NCBI GenBank assembly: GCA_002789635.1
Contig: PFTQ01000061.1
Coordinates: forward strand, 1 to 32,804
Origin: Candidatus Aenigmarchaeota archaeon CG_4_9_14_3_um_filter_37_18
Lineage (GTDB): Archaea > Aenigmatarchaeota > Aenigmatarchaeia > CG10238-14
DNA length: 32,804 bases
Reading direction: 5' to 3'
The notes beneath the pieces are model-generated. The model made no database searches and was not told where the DNA came from. It saw nothing but the letters and a program-made list of their open reading frames with translations. The translations under genes and the position numbers were made by a program. Below are positions 17,148 to 27,120 of the stretch, in pieces. The first letter of the stretch is position 1; every line of letters starts with the position of its first letter.

Positions 17148-17255
17148 TAGTCCCGGCAGGATTCGAACCTGCGTCTAGAGGTTACTCCCAATTCACGTCC
17201 AGAGCCTCGTATTCAAGGGTTTAAATACCTTGCTTGACCGCTACACCACGGGACT
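17148..17255 (-). tRNA. tRNA-Gln(CTG) with two introns (24/25: 17212-17230; 37/38: 17183-17198)
   Basis: Acceptor AGTCCCG/CGGGACT (A1-U72), T arm GCAGG-TTCGAAT-CCTGC; removing the 19- and 16-nt inserts gives a 73-nt cloverleaf; both junctions fold as bulge-helix-bulge. Confidence 0.92.
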
Positions 17256-17310
17256 ATAAGAAATAATTGGAATATTAACATTAATTAACTTTTTTTCCTA
17301 TATCAATGAA

Positions 17311-18498
17311 ATGAATGGCATGGAATTTTTGCTCAATGAGGTTAAAAAGGAGAAAGAATTAGTCAAGGACAGCTTAATTATTTTTATAGCAAACGGGGGT
17401 CCGGCAATAATAAACTTTGCTGTCAACCTCATGCTGGCGAAAATATTTATTCCTGAATCTTTCGGGATTTTTAAAAATATAACATATCTGCTTACATTCT
17501 TTTCTTCCCTCATGGATTTTGGGTCCGGAGTCACACTGACAAAGTATATTGCCCAATTCAGGGTCAAAGGAAAAGAAAAAATAGGCTATATGAGCAGATG
17601 GTTTTTAAAATTAAGGCTTATTGTCTATTCTGTTTTGTTCATTGGCTTGTTCATTTTTATTAAGCCGATTGCTGTTTATTTCTTGCATGATGCGTCTCTA
17701 AGCTATCTGGTAATTTTTGGGCTTTCAATAGTTTTTGCAAATATCTTTTCAATTTTACCTTCAATGGTCATCGGCTATGAAAATTTCAAGCTCTTTTTGG
17801 TTTCAAGAATGACAGCAAGCTTTGGCTCCCTGATTTTTGGAGTGGGGCTAGGATACTTCTTTGGATTGCCTTATGCTATTATTGGTTTTGGCTTTTCTAA
17901 TCTTTTAGCCAACATAATCTGCCTCAAATTCCTGTCTGAGAAGAAAAGCTTCAGCAAAGATGGGGGGAGTTTCAACCTTAAGAAAATATTTTTAAAATTT
18001 TCCCTTCCTATGTATATTTTCAGCCTCCCGAGCTCTTTCGGAAGTGCGATTGTCCCGTTATTGAGCCTGTTCTTTTCAATGGACCTGATAGGACAATATT
18101 CATTCTCTTTCCTGTTTTATGCTGCGGGCTTAGTCATACCTGGAGCTTTAGCAACAATTCTGCTTCCGAAGTTTTCCAGGTTAAATGCCTTAAAAAATGA
18201 TAAAAAAATCAGGGGAATTTTAATGAAGGTTTTTTTTGTTTATACTGTTATTGTTATTGGAGGCATAGCCGGGACTTTATTGTTTGGCGAAGCTATTATA
18301 TCAATAATCGCCCCGCAATACTTGCCTGGAATTTTGTTTTTTAAAGCCTTAATTTCGCTTGGGTTGGTTTCAGGTTACCTTTCAATATTCGAGTCCTACC
18401 TGACATCAAAGGAAATGATAAAAGAAGTTGCATTGGTTGTGTTGGCCCAGAATATTTTGCTGTTTTTAGTAAGTTACATTCTATTGAAAAACTTTTAG
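17311..18498 (+). CDS. Oligosaccharide flippase (Wzx/MOP family)
   Basis: Polytopic membrane protein; LAK....E.FG, DFG.....TKYIA, FSLP, G.YS, LLPKFS. Confidence 0.85.
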   Translation: MNGMEFLLNEVKKEKELVKDSLIIFIANGGPAIINFAVNLMLAKIFIPESFGIFKNITYLLTFFSSLMDFGSGVTLTKYIAQFRVKGKEKIGYMSRWFLKLRLIVYSVLFIGLFIFIKPIAVYFLHDASLSYLVIFGLSIVFANIFSILPSMVIGYENFKLFLVSRMTASFGSLIFGVGLGYFFGLPYAIIGFGFSNLLANIICLKFLSEKKSFSKDGGSFNLKKIFLKFSLPMYIFSLPSSFGSAIVPLLSLFFSMDLIGQYSFSFLFYAAGLVIPGALATILLPKFSRLNALKNDKKIRGILMKVFFVYTVIVIGGIAGTLLFGEAIISIIAPQYLPGILFFKALISLGLVSGYLSIFESYLTSKEMIKEVALVVLAQNILLFLVSYILLKNF

Positions 18499-19226
18499 GC
18501 TTTTGGCATATATCCCTGCTGCCTTTCATATCTAATGAGCTTCATTCTTTTTACCCATTCAAAATAGATATTTGCAGTTTCAAGGTCATCTGCCTCTTTC
18601 CAGGTCTGCATTATATGAACTATCGACTTCAGCAGAAAATCCTCTTTTTTATCATCCCAGAAGCCAATCATCTTCAGCCTTTTCAAATTATTTTCCAGTG
18701 AGAATAATTCCTTTATGATTTCTTTTTTGTCTGAGAGGATTGACAGCAGGCTTAGGCTCTGGTAGAACTTATCGTTGACTTGAACCATGACTGTTAATTG
18801 GGTGAATGAATTTTCAATTGATTTTTTAATATCTTCGATTCTTGCCTCAGCTTCAGAATTTTTGGAAGAATTATCTGGCTGAAAATCAATGTTTTTCTTA
18901 TTGTTCTCCAGAAGATTTTTAACTCCTTTTAACTCAAGGTTGAATTTGTCTAGTCTGCTTAGGATTTCTTCTTTGTTACCCGACTCTGCGAGATCAGGTT
19001 TTTGATTTATTTCAGCATGTGCATTAGCTGGAATAATATTTGGCGGTTTTTCTCTGTTCATGGATTGAATTTCATCATCGATATTTTCTATTCTTTTTCT
19101 GTTGCTTTTTATTATTTCTTCATACTCCTCTTTGCTGATGAACCCATTTTCATACCCTTTCTGTATCTGAGAGAGAGTATTCATAATATCTCTTTTCTTT
19201 TCTTCCATTTTTTTTATTTCATTCAT
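18495..19226 (-). CDS. Cytoplasmic coiled-coil protein with N-terminal helical-hairpin motif
   Basis: 243 aa, no TM; KGYENGFISKEEYEEI motif. Confidence 0.8.
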   Translation of the reverse strand: MNEIKKMEEKKRDIMNTLSQIQKGYENGFISKEEYEEIIKSNRKRIENIDDEIQSMNREKPPNIIPANAHAEINQKPDLAESGNKEEILSRLDKFNLELKGVKNLLENNKKNIDFQPDNSSKNSEAEARIEDIKKSIENSFTQLTVMVQVNDKFYQSLSLLSILSDKKEIIKELFSLENNLKRLKMIGFWDDKKEDFLLKSIVHIMQTWKEADDLETANIYFEWVKRMKLIRYERQQGYMPKA

Positions 19227-19244
19227 GCAATCTACAAATATAAT

Positions 19245-22200
19245 TTATATTAACCTTTTAATTAACTTTTCCATTAATTCCTTGTTTATAAGCCCGTTTT
19301 CATATTGCTTGTTTATAGCTGACATAAGCTGGTTCTTTTCATTGCCTAGGCTTGGCTCTATTGCGGCTTTTCCAATGCTTAAGTCATTGATTTTTTCTTC
19401 TATAATCTTCAATAATCCTTGATTTTTTTCCTTCAATTCATCATAGGTTTTTTTAGTTATTATTTTTTCTTTGTGCTGCTCATCAAGGGCTCCAATTATA
19501 TCTTTTATGTTTGACCTTTCTTTTTCAAGCTGCTCCAACATCTCCTGTGTTTTTTCAGCTTCTGCTTCATCTTTTTTTGATTCTTCCTTTTCAATGGAGA
19601 TATTCCTTAATTCTTCAACTGAATTTCTAAGATCGTCAACCAAAAACTTTATAGAATCGATTTCAACTCCGGCTTGATTTTGTATGTACGGCTTTTGTTT
19701 TTGAATAGGCAATTTTTGCATTGCAGGATATATATTTTCTACTCTTTTTTTCTCTTCCTTTTGTTTAAACAAGAAGAAACCAACAATAAAAACAGACACT
19801 ATTAGTGTCATTCCAAAGAATGTTATCAGGATCTGTTTTGTGCTGAAGTCAAGGAAAACTCTTCCAGCTCTTGTCAGTATTGACAATTCATAAATTGCTT
19901 TATTTAATGTGTTCCTTCCGAGATTTATTTGCTCGCTTGATTTCATATAATCTTCAAGCGTGTAATAATTTTCTGCTTCTGTGATTTGTTTATTGACTTC
20001 CTCTAAAAGGCTGATTACGCTGTCTACATTCTGGCCTTTCAATTTCAGCTCCATTGTCTGCAGCTGCATTTTCAAAAGGTCGCTCTTAAGCTGTTCAATT
20101 TGCGGGAGTATAAGCTCTTTCTTTGATTGGTATACCCTTAGGGTTATTGGCTGGGAGTCAGTTGCTCCTTCTTTGGATGACATTTTTATGGAAAGCTGGT
20201 AATCTTTTGATTCTGATGATGGGGGAACTGTTATTTTTTTGATTATGCTTGAGCTTTCTCCTGGTTTAAGGGTAGGGATTTTTTGAATGGTTTGCACCCA
20301 AGTTGAATCTATTCCTTCTATAATCCCATCAATATCATTAAGGTCATTGCCTCCATCATTTTCCACAAATATTATAAGATATTCTGCTGCCCCCCTTTCC
20401 ATTTGGATTAATGAGGGGTATATTTTTGATATTTTCAAAGAGGTTTTGGCTGATGGCTTTATACCTACTCCTGATACTCCTCCAGATGGGGCCCCAGCTG
20501 CTGCTGGTCCAGTTGGTGCCGCAGGCGCTGAAACTTCTGCCAGGAAAGTGTCCTGCGAGAAAACATCTCCCATAGATCCATTTACAACATGCAGCTGACA
20601 ATAAAGACTGTAAGCGCCTTCAGACAGGCTGGACGGCAATAGGATGGTTTTCTGTTCATAGTACTCTTCACCGGAAGATATCAATTTGCTCCAGCTTATC
20701 TGTGAATGATTAGTTATCCCATCATCTATCCAGCAGGTGAATTGGGATTCTGCAGGCCCGTCTCCTTCGTTTGTTGCGTTGACTGTGAAAGCCATTGACT
20801 CTCCAATATATCCGGTAGTTGGTGCGTCTATCTCAAACCTGAAAGGGCCTCCCTGCAATATTCTGAAAGTAGTTATATCTTGTGCATAGCTTCCGTTGAC
20901 AGATGCATTCACCTTTATCATATACTGGCCGTTTATCGGGCTTGATGGGATTGTCCAGCTTGCATAATATATTCCAGTTGAGAATTGGTTGATTGTAAAA
21001 GTGACTGACAATGGGTTAAGGTCAGGGTCATATACGGTAAGATTGACTGATTCTGCATCGACTAGCTTGTTGTTATCATCATAAACTGTTACAAAGAATT
21101 TTGCTGCGTTTGTTGCATACCATAAAGGAACGGTATCAACTTCTACCCTGACTTTGCTTTTTGTGACTGAGAAGACCGATGTTGCAGTTGCAGATGATTG
21201 TGATTTTGTTGCATTTAGCACAACCAGATAGACCCCTTCCTGAGTGCTTGATGAAATATTATAAGAGTAGTAATATAAGCCAGTTGCGTTTGAAAGTTTT
21301 ATCATCTGTGATATGTTGGCAGAATGCTCAACTCCTTTGGATGGATTGTATATTGTCAGGTTCAATGAGTCAGGATCGAGCGGCTGTTTGTTGTTGTCAC
21401 GAATAGTTATCAGGAAATCTAATGTAGAGTTTGGATAAGCAGATGAATCAGAATAAATGGCTGCTTCTATTGGCGTGAGAACAGTGAAGTTGTAGATGTT
21501 TGTCCTGTTTAAGGTTATGTTTGTTGTGCTGTCAAAGTATGTTGAGTTGGAATACAGCTTATATGTCCCCTCAAGGTCGTCGCATGTTATTGTAAATGTT
21601 GGGAACGGCTCTATTGTCCCGTTCGAGTTTGTTGTTGATGTTTGGTTTTGGTTGTTCCATATTAATCTTTCACTCGGGTCTTTCAACTCGAAAGTCACAT
21701 TTGTGTTTTGCAGGGAAATATTTTCCAGGTCTTTGATGAAATAGTATATCCTCCCGCTTCCGCATTTATAATATTGTGTGGATAAAGCGGACATGTTGAT
21801 TACAAGGTTCTTGTATATTGTGAAGTTGCTTGTGTCTAGATTAGAAGCGCTCAGCACATCTATAGATTTTACTGTGAAATTATAAAAGCCTGTTTTTAAT
21901 GTAGATCCCCATGTTGACGGATAATAAGCAGAATAGTAGCTTGTCCAGCTGTCATTCCTTAGGAATTGCATTGATGTAGTATTTACATTCCCATCAGGGT
22001 CTGTCACATTTATTGTCACAGATGAAAGACCGGACTGCGTCCTATCTGTGATGGTTGCATTTATTAGGATGCTGCTGCCTTGCTCTGCTCTTTCTGGTGA
22101 GACTGAAGTTATTGCCACTAATGGACCATATGTCACTGTTATTGCCGTTCGAATAGTCTGAGTTCCGTTGTCTGATGATATCGTATAGTTCCTGTAGAAT

Positions 22201-24938
22201 ATTCCTTGGGTATCATTTGTCTCATAAAGAATAGAAAAGTTGTGCTGGGATGTCTTGCTGAGGGTAAAGTTCAGTTCATTCAAGCTTGTAAAATTTTCCC
22301 ATCCTGATGGAGTTAATGTAAAGTTGAGGATTTGGTTGCCTGTGTTTGCGACTAGTATATCGCACAGAGTGCCGGCTGCATTTTTCATAATCACTTCCTG
22401 GCATAAAGTCTGATTGGTTGACCATGTCTGAGCGACTGGCACTGTTATTGTTATGTTTATTGATGTGTTTTCCACGTTTGTATTGTTTACATTGAAGAAC
22501 CCTGTATAAGTCCCGTTAGTATAGCCCTCTGGAATTGAAAAATTAGCAGATATATTCTGCCATGATCCTGATGACAGGGATGTTATGTTTGATGGAAAGG
22601 CTACATTCCATTCGCTTGGAAACCCATAGGATGAGATGTTTAAATCGTGAATGATGTCGTTGCCTGTTGCGTTTATTAGAAAGTAAACTGACTTGTCAGT
22701 GCCTTCATTTATTGTATCAGTAATATTGCCGGGGGTTATTGCTAAAATAGGGTTGGAGCTTATATTCACATAGCTTGTGTTGGTGGAGTTTGAAGTGGAA
22801 TAGTCTAGGTTGTTCCAGTAAACTGTCGCGTTTATTGTATAGTTGGATGGGTTAGCGCCGGCTGATGTGTTTATTATCACATAGCTTATGAATTCAGCAT
22901 TCGGCAGCATGTCTTCGCATGAAATGGTTGTTGAGTTTGAAGTCCAGCTGCTTGGCTTGGAGATATTGATTTCCGCTGAATGCGCAACGCCCTCCCCTGG
23001 ATTTGTTACATTAACTTTGAATAGCAGCGATGGGTAATAATCTTGTGTTATATTGCTGAAGTCGAATGAGTATGGGGTGATGGTTATATTAAGGGAAGTC
23101 TTCGCAGACTCTGAATAAAAGTAATCATCCCCTGTTGCATTGTTGCCCGACTTTGTGGCGTTGCATTGCAGAATATATTTTCCTAGTTGAGTAGGGGCTG
23201 TGAAGTTTATATAGTATGTTCCGTTCCCGCTATCGGTTTTGTTTGTGACTAATGTCCCATTAAAGGAACAGTCTATTGCTGCGGATGATATATATGTATC
23301 ATTCCTGTAATTCCTGACGGTAACTTCAGCAAGCACTTGCCTGCTGGCATAGCCAAACCTGTTGGATATGGATGAGTTTACATTATAGGCATATGTGACA
23401 TTGAATGCTATTGTTGTCTGGTTGATTTCCTGGTTATATACATCATAAATCTTTGCTGTAAAGTTCCAACTGCCTGTGTTTGAGGAAGCAGGGAGCGTAT
23501 AATTGCCCCCAAAAATTTTATCCCCTGCCGAGGAATCATTGTGAAACCCGTCATCAAATAGTTGAATGGTCACATCATCTGAAGTTCCTGATGTTGCATT
23601 GTTTAATACAGCATAAACAGAGCTTGATGTGTTGAACGGATCTTGGGTTATATTAACTCTTAATACCATAGTCTCATTCCTGTTGTAGATTGCCTGGCCG
23701 GTTGTGATGTTTACTATCACATAATGGAATTCAGCAGATCCCAGATTTTTTTGGGCGGGTGAAACAGTCCTGTTTCTGAAATTTTCAAAACTAGTCAATG
23801 AATCGCTCTCGCTAAAAAATAATAAAGCAGCCTGCCTTATCCAGGATGATATAGTGGTTGATGCTGTCAGCTTGATATTCAAAGCGTCATTTATAATATC
23901 TATGCTTGACTTGAAATTGTCAGTGTTGTTCTCCATATAATTGATAATACCCAGCCCCCCATTCCCGCTCAAAGAATAAGCAAACGCTGATGAGAATGGG
24001 TCTATACTCCAAGAAGTTGGCTGGGTATATCCGGCACCACCTGATAATATTCTACCTGAATCTAAAGTCAACGGATAAGGATAATCAGAGCTCCTGCTGA
24101 TGCTTGAGCCGCTCGTGTTTGTCAGGTTTTGGTCTATCTTCACCCAGGAATTATTCTCATAAAAAACATAGTTTTTCCTGATCTGTGATTGGTATGTCTG
24201 CTCATTTGACCCGAAGACAGTTTCATTTCCAACCTGCTGAAAAGTAAGCCTGACAGGGCCCCTATAGACTAGAGTCATATTACCATATAAGTTAAAGCCA
24301 GTGTCTGTTCCATTATTGTAGCCTGAATACTCAGCTGTTTTAGCGCTTGACCCAGCGTTGAAAATAGTTATCCCGTTTTTGATTTTAGCATAATAAAAAC
24401 CAGAAGTCATTGAAGACCTGTTTGTGTCTATCTTCCATTCCATATTTGAGTTGTTGACTTCCAATTCCTCCTCATCCCATGAATAATTCAGGTCTGTCGG
24501 ATAGGTTGGCACTTCTTTTGTTCCATCTTCTTCCTTTGAAAAGTATATATAATAATATCTGGTTGTGCTTGCGTTGGTTGTTCCATTCATTATCCACACA
24601 ACTTCGCCTATTGCATTGTTTGATTTGTTGAAGGATGTGTACTGGTCGAATTGGCTCGGGGCTTCCCTTTTTATATAGCCTGAGGAATTATACTCAATAA
24701 CCCTGACAGAATTGTTGTCGAAATTGCCTCCATCTAAAAGCGAGGTGAAGTTTACTTCCATTTCTATTGGGAGGCTTGTTCTGTTGTAGCTTCCTGTGCT
24801 TATATTGGCAGATGCCCTATAGTTGTAGGTTGAATTCCACCATTGGAATGAACTGTCTTCCCCAAATGCAAGAACTTTAGGGCTAAATAATCCTAAAAAT
24901 AGCATTAGAGCTAAGCAAATTAACGCCCTTTTCTTCAT
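19245..24938 (-). CDS. 1897-aa membrane-anchored surface glycoprotein with cytoplasmic coiled-coil tail
   Basis: Signal peptide, WWN..Y.YR start (DUF2341-like), DDGFHNDSSAGD acidic loop (choice-of-anchor X-like), many N-x-S/T sequons in beta-rich repeats, Ala/Gly/Pro linker, one TM, charged tail. Confidence 0.88.
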   Translation of the reverse strand: MKKRALICLALMLFLGLFSPKVLAFGEDSSFQWWNSTYNYRASANISTGSYNRTSLPIEMEVNFTSLLDGGNFDNNSVRVIEYNSSGYIKREAPSQFDQYTSFNKSNNAIGEVVWIMNGTTNASTTRYYYIYFSKEEDGTKEVPTYPTDLNYSWDEEELEVNNSNMEWKIDTNRSSMTSGFYYAKIKNGITIFNAGSSAKTAEYSGYNNGTDTGFNLYGNMTLVYRGPVRLTFQQVGNETVFGSNEQTYQSQIRKNYVFYENNSWVKIDQNLTNTSGSSISRSSDYPYPLTLDSGRILSGGAGYTQPTSWSIDPFSSAFAYSLSGNGGLGIINYMENNTDNFKSSIDIINDALNIKLTASTTISSWIRQAALLFFSESDSLTSFENFRNRTVSPAQKNLGSAEFHYVIVNITTGQAIYNRNETMVLRVNITQDPFNTSSSVYAVLNNATSGTSDDVTIQLFDDGFHNDSSAGDKIFGGNYTLPASSNTGSWNFTAKIYDVYNQEINQTTIAFNVTYAYNVNSSISNRFGYASRQVLAEVTVRNYRNDTYISSAAIDCSFNGTLVTNKTDSGNGTYYINFTAPTQLGKYILQCNATKSGNNATGDDYFYSESAKTSLNITITPYSFDFSNITQDYYPSLLFKVNVTNPGEGVAHSAEINISKPSSWTSNSTTISCEDMLPNAEFISYVIINTSAGANPSNYTINATVYWNNLDYSTSNSTNTSYVNISSNPILAITPGNITDTINEGTDKSVYFLINATGNDIIHDLNISSYGFPSEWNVAFPSNITSLSSGSWQNISANFSIPEGYTNGTYTGFFNVNNTNVENTSINITITVPVAQTWSTNQTLCQEVIMKNAAGTLCDILVANTGNQILNFTLTPSGWENFTSLNELNFTLSKTSQHNFSILYETNDTQGIFYRNYTISSDNGTQTIRTAITVTYGPLVAITSVSPERAEQGSSILINATITDRTQSGLSSVTINVTDPDGNVNTTSMQFLRNDSWTSYYSAYYPSTWGSTLKTGFYNFTVKSIDVLSASNLDTSNFTIYKNLVINMSALSTQYYKCGSGRIYYFIKDLENISLQNTNVTFELKDPSERLIWNNQNQTSTTNSNGTIEPFPTFTITCDDLEGTYKLYSNSTYFDSTTNITLNRTNIYNFTVLTPIEAAIYSDSSAYPNSTLDFLITIRDNNKQPLDPDSLNLTIYNPSKGVEHSANISQMIKLSNATGLYYYSYNISSSTQEGVYLVVLNATKSQSSATATSVFSVTKSKVRVEVDTVPLWYATNAAKFFVTVYDDNNKLVDAESVNLTVYDPDLNPLSVTFTINQFSTGIYYASWTIPSSPINGQYMIKVNASVNGSYAQDITTFRILQGGPFRFEIDAPTTGYIGESMAFTVNATNEGDGPAESQFTCWIDDGITNHSQISWSKLISSGEEYYEQKTILLPSSLSEGAYSLYCQLHVVNGSMGDVFSQDTFLAEVSAPAAPTGPAAAGAPSGGVSGVGIKPSAKTSLKISKIYPSLIQMERGAAEYLIIFVENDGGNDLNDIDGIIEGIDSTWVQTIQKIPTLKPGESSSIIKKITVPPSSESKDYQLSIKMSSKEGATDSQPITLRVYQSKKELILPQIEQLKSDLLKMQLQTMELKLKGQNVDSVISLLEEVNKQITEAENYYTLEDYMKSSEQINLGRNTLNKAIYELSILTRAGRVFLDFSTKQILITFFGMTLIVSVFIVGFFLFKQKEEKKRVENIYPAMQKLPIQKQKPYIQNQAGVEIDSIKFLVDDLRNSVEELRNISIEKEESKKDEAEAEKTQEMLEQLEKERSNIKDIIGALDEQHKEKIITKKTYDELKEKNQGLLKIIEEKINDLSIGKAAIEPSLGNEKNQLMSAINKQYENGLINKELMEKLIKRLI

Positions 24939-24949
24939 TCAATCATCTA

Positions 24950-26944
24950 TCAGGTTGGTACCGGTACTTTTTCCTTTGTAATTTCTTCATCCAGATTGTT
25001 TTCTTGAGGGTTTTTCTTTAATTCAGCCGGCTTTTCTGGTTCAGGCTCTTCCTTGGCTTCAGGCTTCTCTTCTTTTTGGGCTTCAGTTTTGGGAGTTTCT
25101 TGCCCTGTTAATTCTTTTGTTTCAGTTTGTTTTGGCTCTTCTTTTGGTTTAGAATTTTCTTCAGCCGATTTCTTCTGCTCTTCTCCGTTGATTTCTGTTT
25201 TTTCTTCAACTAGTTTTTCTAGCTCAGGCTTCTCTTCTTTTGTTTCATCTTGCGTTGGCTCTTCTTTTCCTTCTATTTTTGGCAGGTTCAGATGAATAAG
25301 GCTTTCTCTTCCTTTTGAAACCTTCACTACATAACCCTCTTTTTCAAGATTTCCAATTAATCTGGAAATATAACTCAATTTATCATGATCATAATTTTCC
25401 CTGTAGATAGTTTTGGCTAAATTTTTGATGGGAATGCTGTTCTTTTCCTCGGTAGCTTCAGAGCTGTAAAGCACTGACAGCAATTGCTTCTCTCTTTTTG
25501 ATAAGTTTTCGAATTTCTTATCCTCTGATAATTTCTCCCATATTTCGATGAACTTCGAGCCTTCATGTGATTTTTCTTCTTCCGGCTCTGGAGTTTCTTG
25601 CTCTTGGCCAGCCTTCTGGACTACCCCAGGATTTTCAGGCTCTTTAACTTTCTTCTGTTCGGTTATTTTTTTTGCTTGTTCGCCGATCAGCTTATTCTCT
25701 TCGTTTGTTTTATCTTTCTTTTCTTCTTTTACTTCAGGCGGCTTATTAAAGTCCTCGAATGGGATAATTATTTCCTCTGGATTAAGTAGTGAATCGATCC
25801 TTTCAATCTCGGCAAGATTCTTTTTCCTAACATCCTTGAAAGTTTTGTCGTTTATCAAATTGGATTTGTACTGCTTCTCAATCTCATCCAAAAACCACAT
25901 AATTTTTTCTTTTTTTGCCTCAAGATCTTTCTTCTCATCTTCTTTTGAAGCAAGCTTAGAAGATAGTTTTTGGAGCTGCTCATAAGACCATTCTTTCAAT
26001 AGTTCTGCATTGTCACTGACAGGCTTCAAGGATTCATTAATCTTTCTTTTCATATCTTCCTCAATATCAGATTTAAATTCAGTGAATTTCTTGTCGAACT
26101 CCCTTTGATCCACGAAAGACTCCATCTTTATCTTTAAGAGGTCTATTTCTTTTAGTGAATCTTTGCTCATGTCTTCCAGTTTTTCCAGGGTGTTTACGTA
26201 ATCTCTGATTTCATTTACCCTCTTTTCCATCTCAAAATAAGCATTTTCAGCCTTTGAGGAGAGCACCTCAACCTTCTTTTCTCTTTCATTCATGATTGAT
26301 AGCTTGTCGTTCATCAGGTTGTGAATTTTTATTATATTTTCAAAGTTCCCTATCTTGTCAAGGAGCCTCTGGACTTTCTCAGATTTTTCCCGTATGTCAT
26401 TGATATGGGCTTCATTTTTTTCAAGCCTCCCGTCTTTTTCTAGGGAGCCCTTCTCTATTTTCTGGAGTTTCAGCGTCATTTTTTCAGGCTCTAGAACCTC
26501 CATCACAGATTTAATTTTTTCATATTCAAGGATTACATCTTTTACTTCTTTTTCCCTCTGAAGGAACATAGCCCTCAGCTCCCCTAACTCACCAGACAAT
26601 TTATCTATTCTTTCATCGGTTTTCATTTTAAGGTCTTTTATAAAGTCTATCTGCTGGTTGAATTTCTCAAACATGAACATTATTTTTTCTTTGTCGACTT
26701 CGCCAACAGAAGAGCTTATCTGAGATGTGTCCATGCTTACTTCAGCCTTTGGGGGTTCGGGTTTTTTATTTTCTGGCTGTTCTTCTTCTAATATAAAGTC
26801 AGGAGCCACCCCAGCTGACTGTATCTGGTCCAAAGTTAGAACAGAGCGCTTCTCTAGAGGTGCGCCTACAATCTTTTTTATCTTATTCCCAAATTTTGAG
26901 AATAGTCCATTCCCCTTTCCAGGATTTTCGATATCATCAGGCAT
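24950..26944 (-). CDS. 664-aa coiled-coil protein with internal winged-HTH and acidic disordered tail
   Basis: Long heptad region; LSKREKQLL..L..KNLAK..YISRLIGNLEKEGYV.K..KGR wHTH; E/K/P-rich tail. Confidence 0.8.
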   Translation of the reverse strand: MPDDIENPGKGNGLFSKFGNKIKKIVGAPLEKRSVLTLDQIQSAGVAPDFILEEEQPENKKPEPPKAEVSMDTSQISSSVGEVDKEKIMFMFEKFNQQIDFIKDLKMKTDERIDKLSGELGELRAMFLQREKEVKDVILEYEKIKSVMEVLEPEKMTLKLQKIEKGSLEKDGRLEKNEAHINDIREKSEKVQRLLDKIGNFENIIKIHNLMNDKLSIMNEREKKVEVLSSKAENAYFEMEKRVNEIRDYVNTLEKLEDMSKDSLKEIDLLKIKMESFVDQREFDKKFTEFKSDIEEDMKRKINESLKPVSDNAELLKEWSYEQLQKLSSKLASKEDEKKDLEAKKEKIMWFLDEIEKQYKSNLINDKTFKDVRKKNLAEIERIDSLLNPEEIIIPFEDFNKPPEVKEEKKDKTNEENKLIGEQAKKITEQKKVKEPENPGVVQKAGQEQETPEPEEEKSHEGSKFIEIWEKLSEDKKFENLSKREKQLLSVLYSSEATEEKNSIPIKNLAKTIYRENYDHDKLSYISRLIGNLEKEGYVVKVSKGRESLIHLNLPKIEGKEEPTQDETKEEKPELEKLVEEKTEINGEEQKKSAEENSKPKEEPKQTETKELTGQETPKTEAQKEEKPEAKEEPEPEKPAELKKNPQENNLDEEITKEKVPVPT

Positions 26945-27120
26945 ATGTAATTAATTTATTTTTAGGCGATATAAAACTTTTTTGGCCTGTTTTAACCGAC
27001 AATTAATGGCTAAAAAAGCAAATATGATAGAATAAAAAGCTAATCAATGCTTATGCATAACTTTTTCTTTTCACCCAACAAATTATAATTCATTCATTTT
27101 TATTAAATAAAGGGGTAAAA
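26945..27120. promoter_or_regulatory. Divergent promoter region
   Basis: TTTTATAT on minus strand ~25-33 nt before ATG 26944; AT-rich boxes and GGGGT SD before ATG 27121. Confidence 0.45.

Noticed and set aside
16853-17191. 112-aa ORF as an intact gene
   Set aside because: Its start lies inside the tRNA-Gln intron and it reads through the T arm
19471-26954. Multiple S/F-rich + strand ORFs
   Set aside because: Antisense shadows of E/K-rich minus-strand genes
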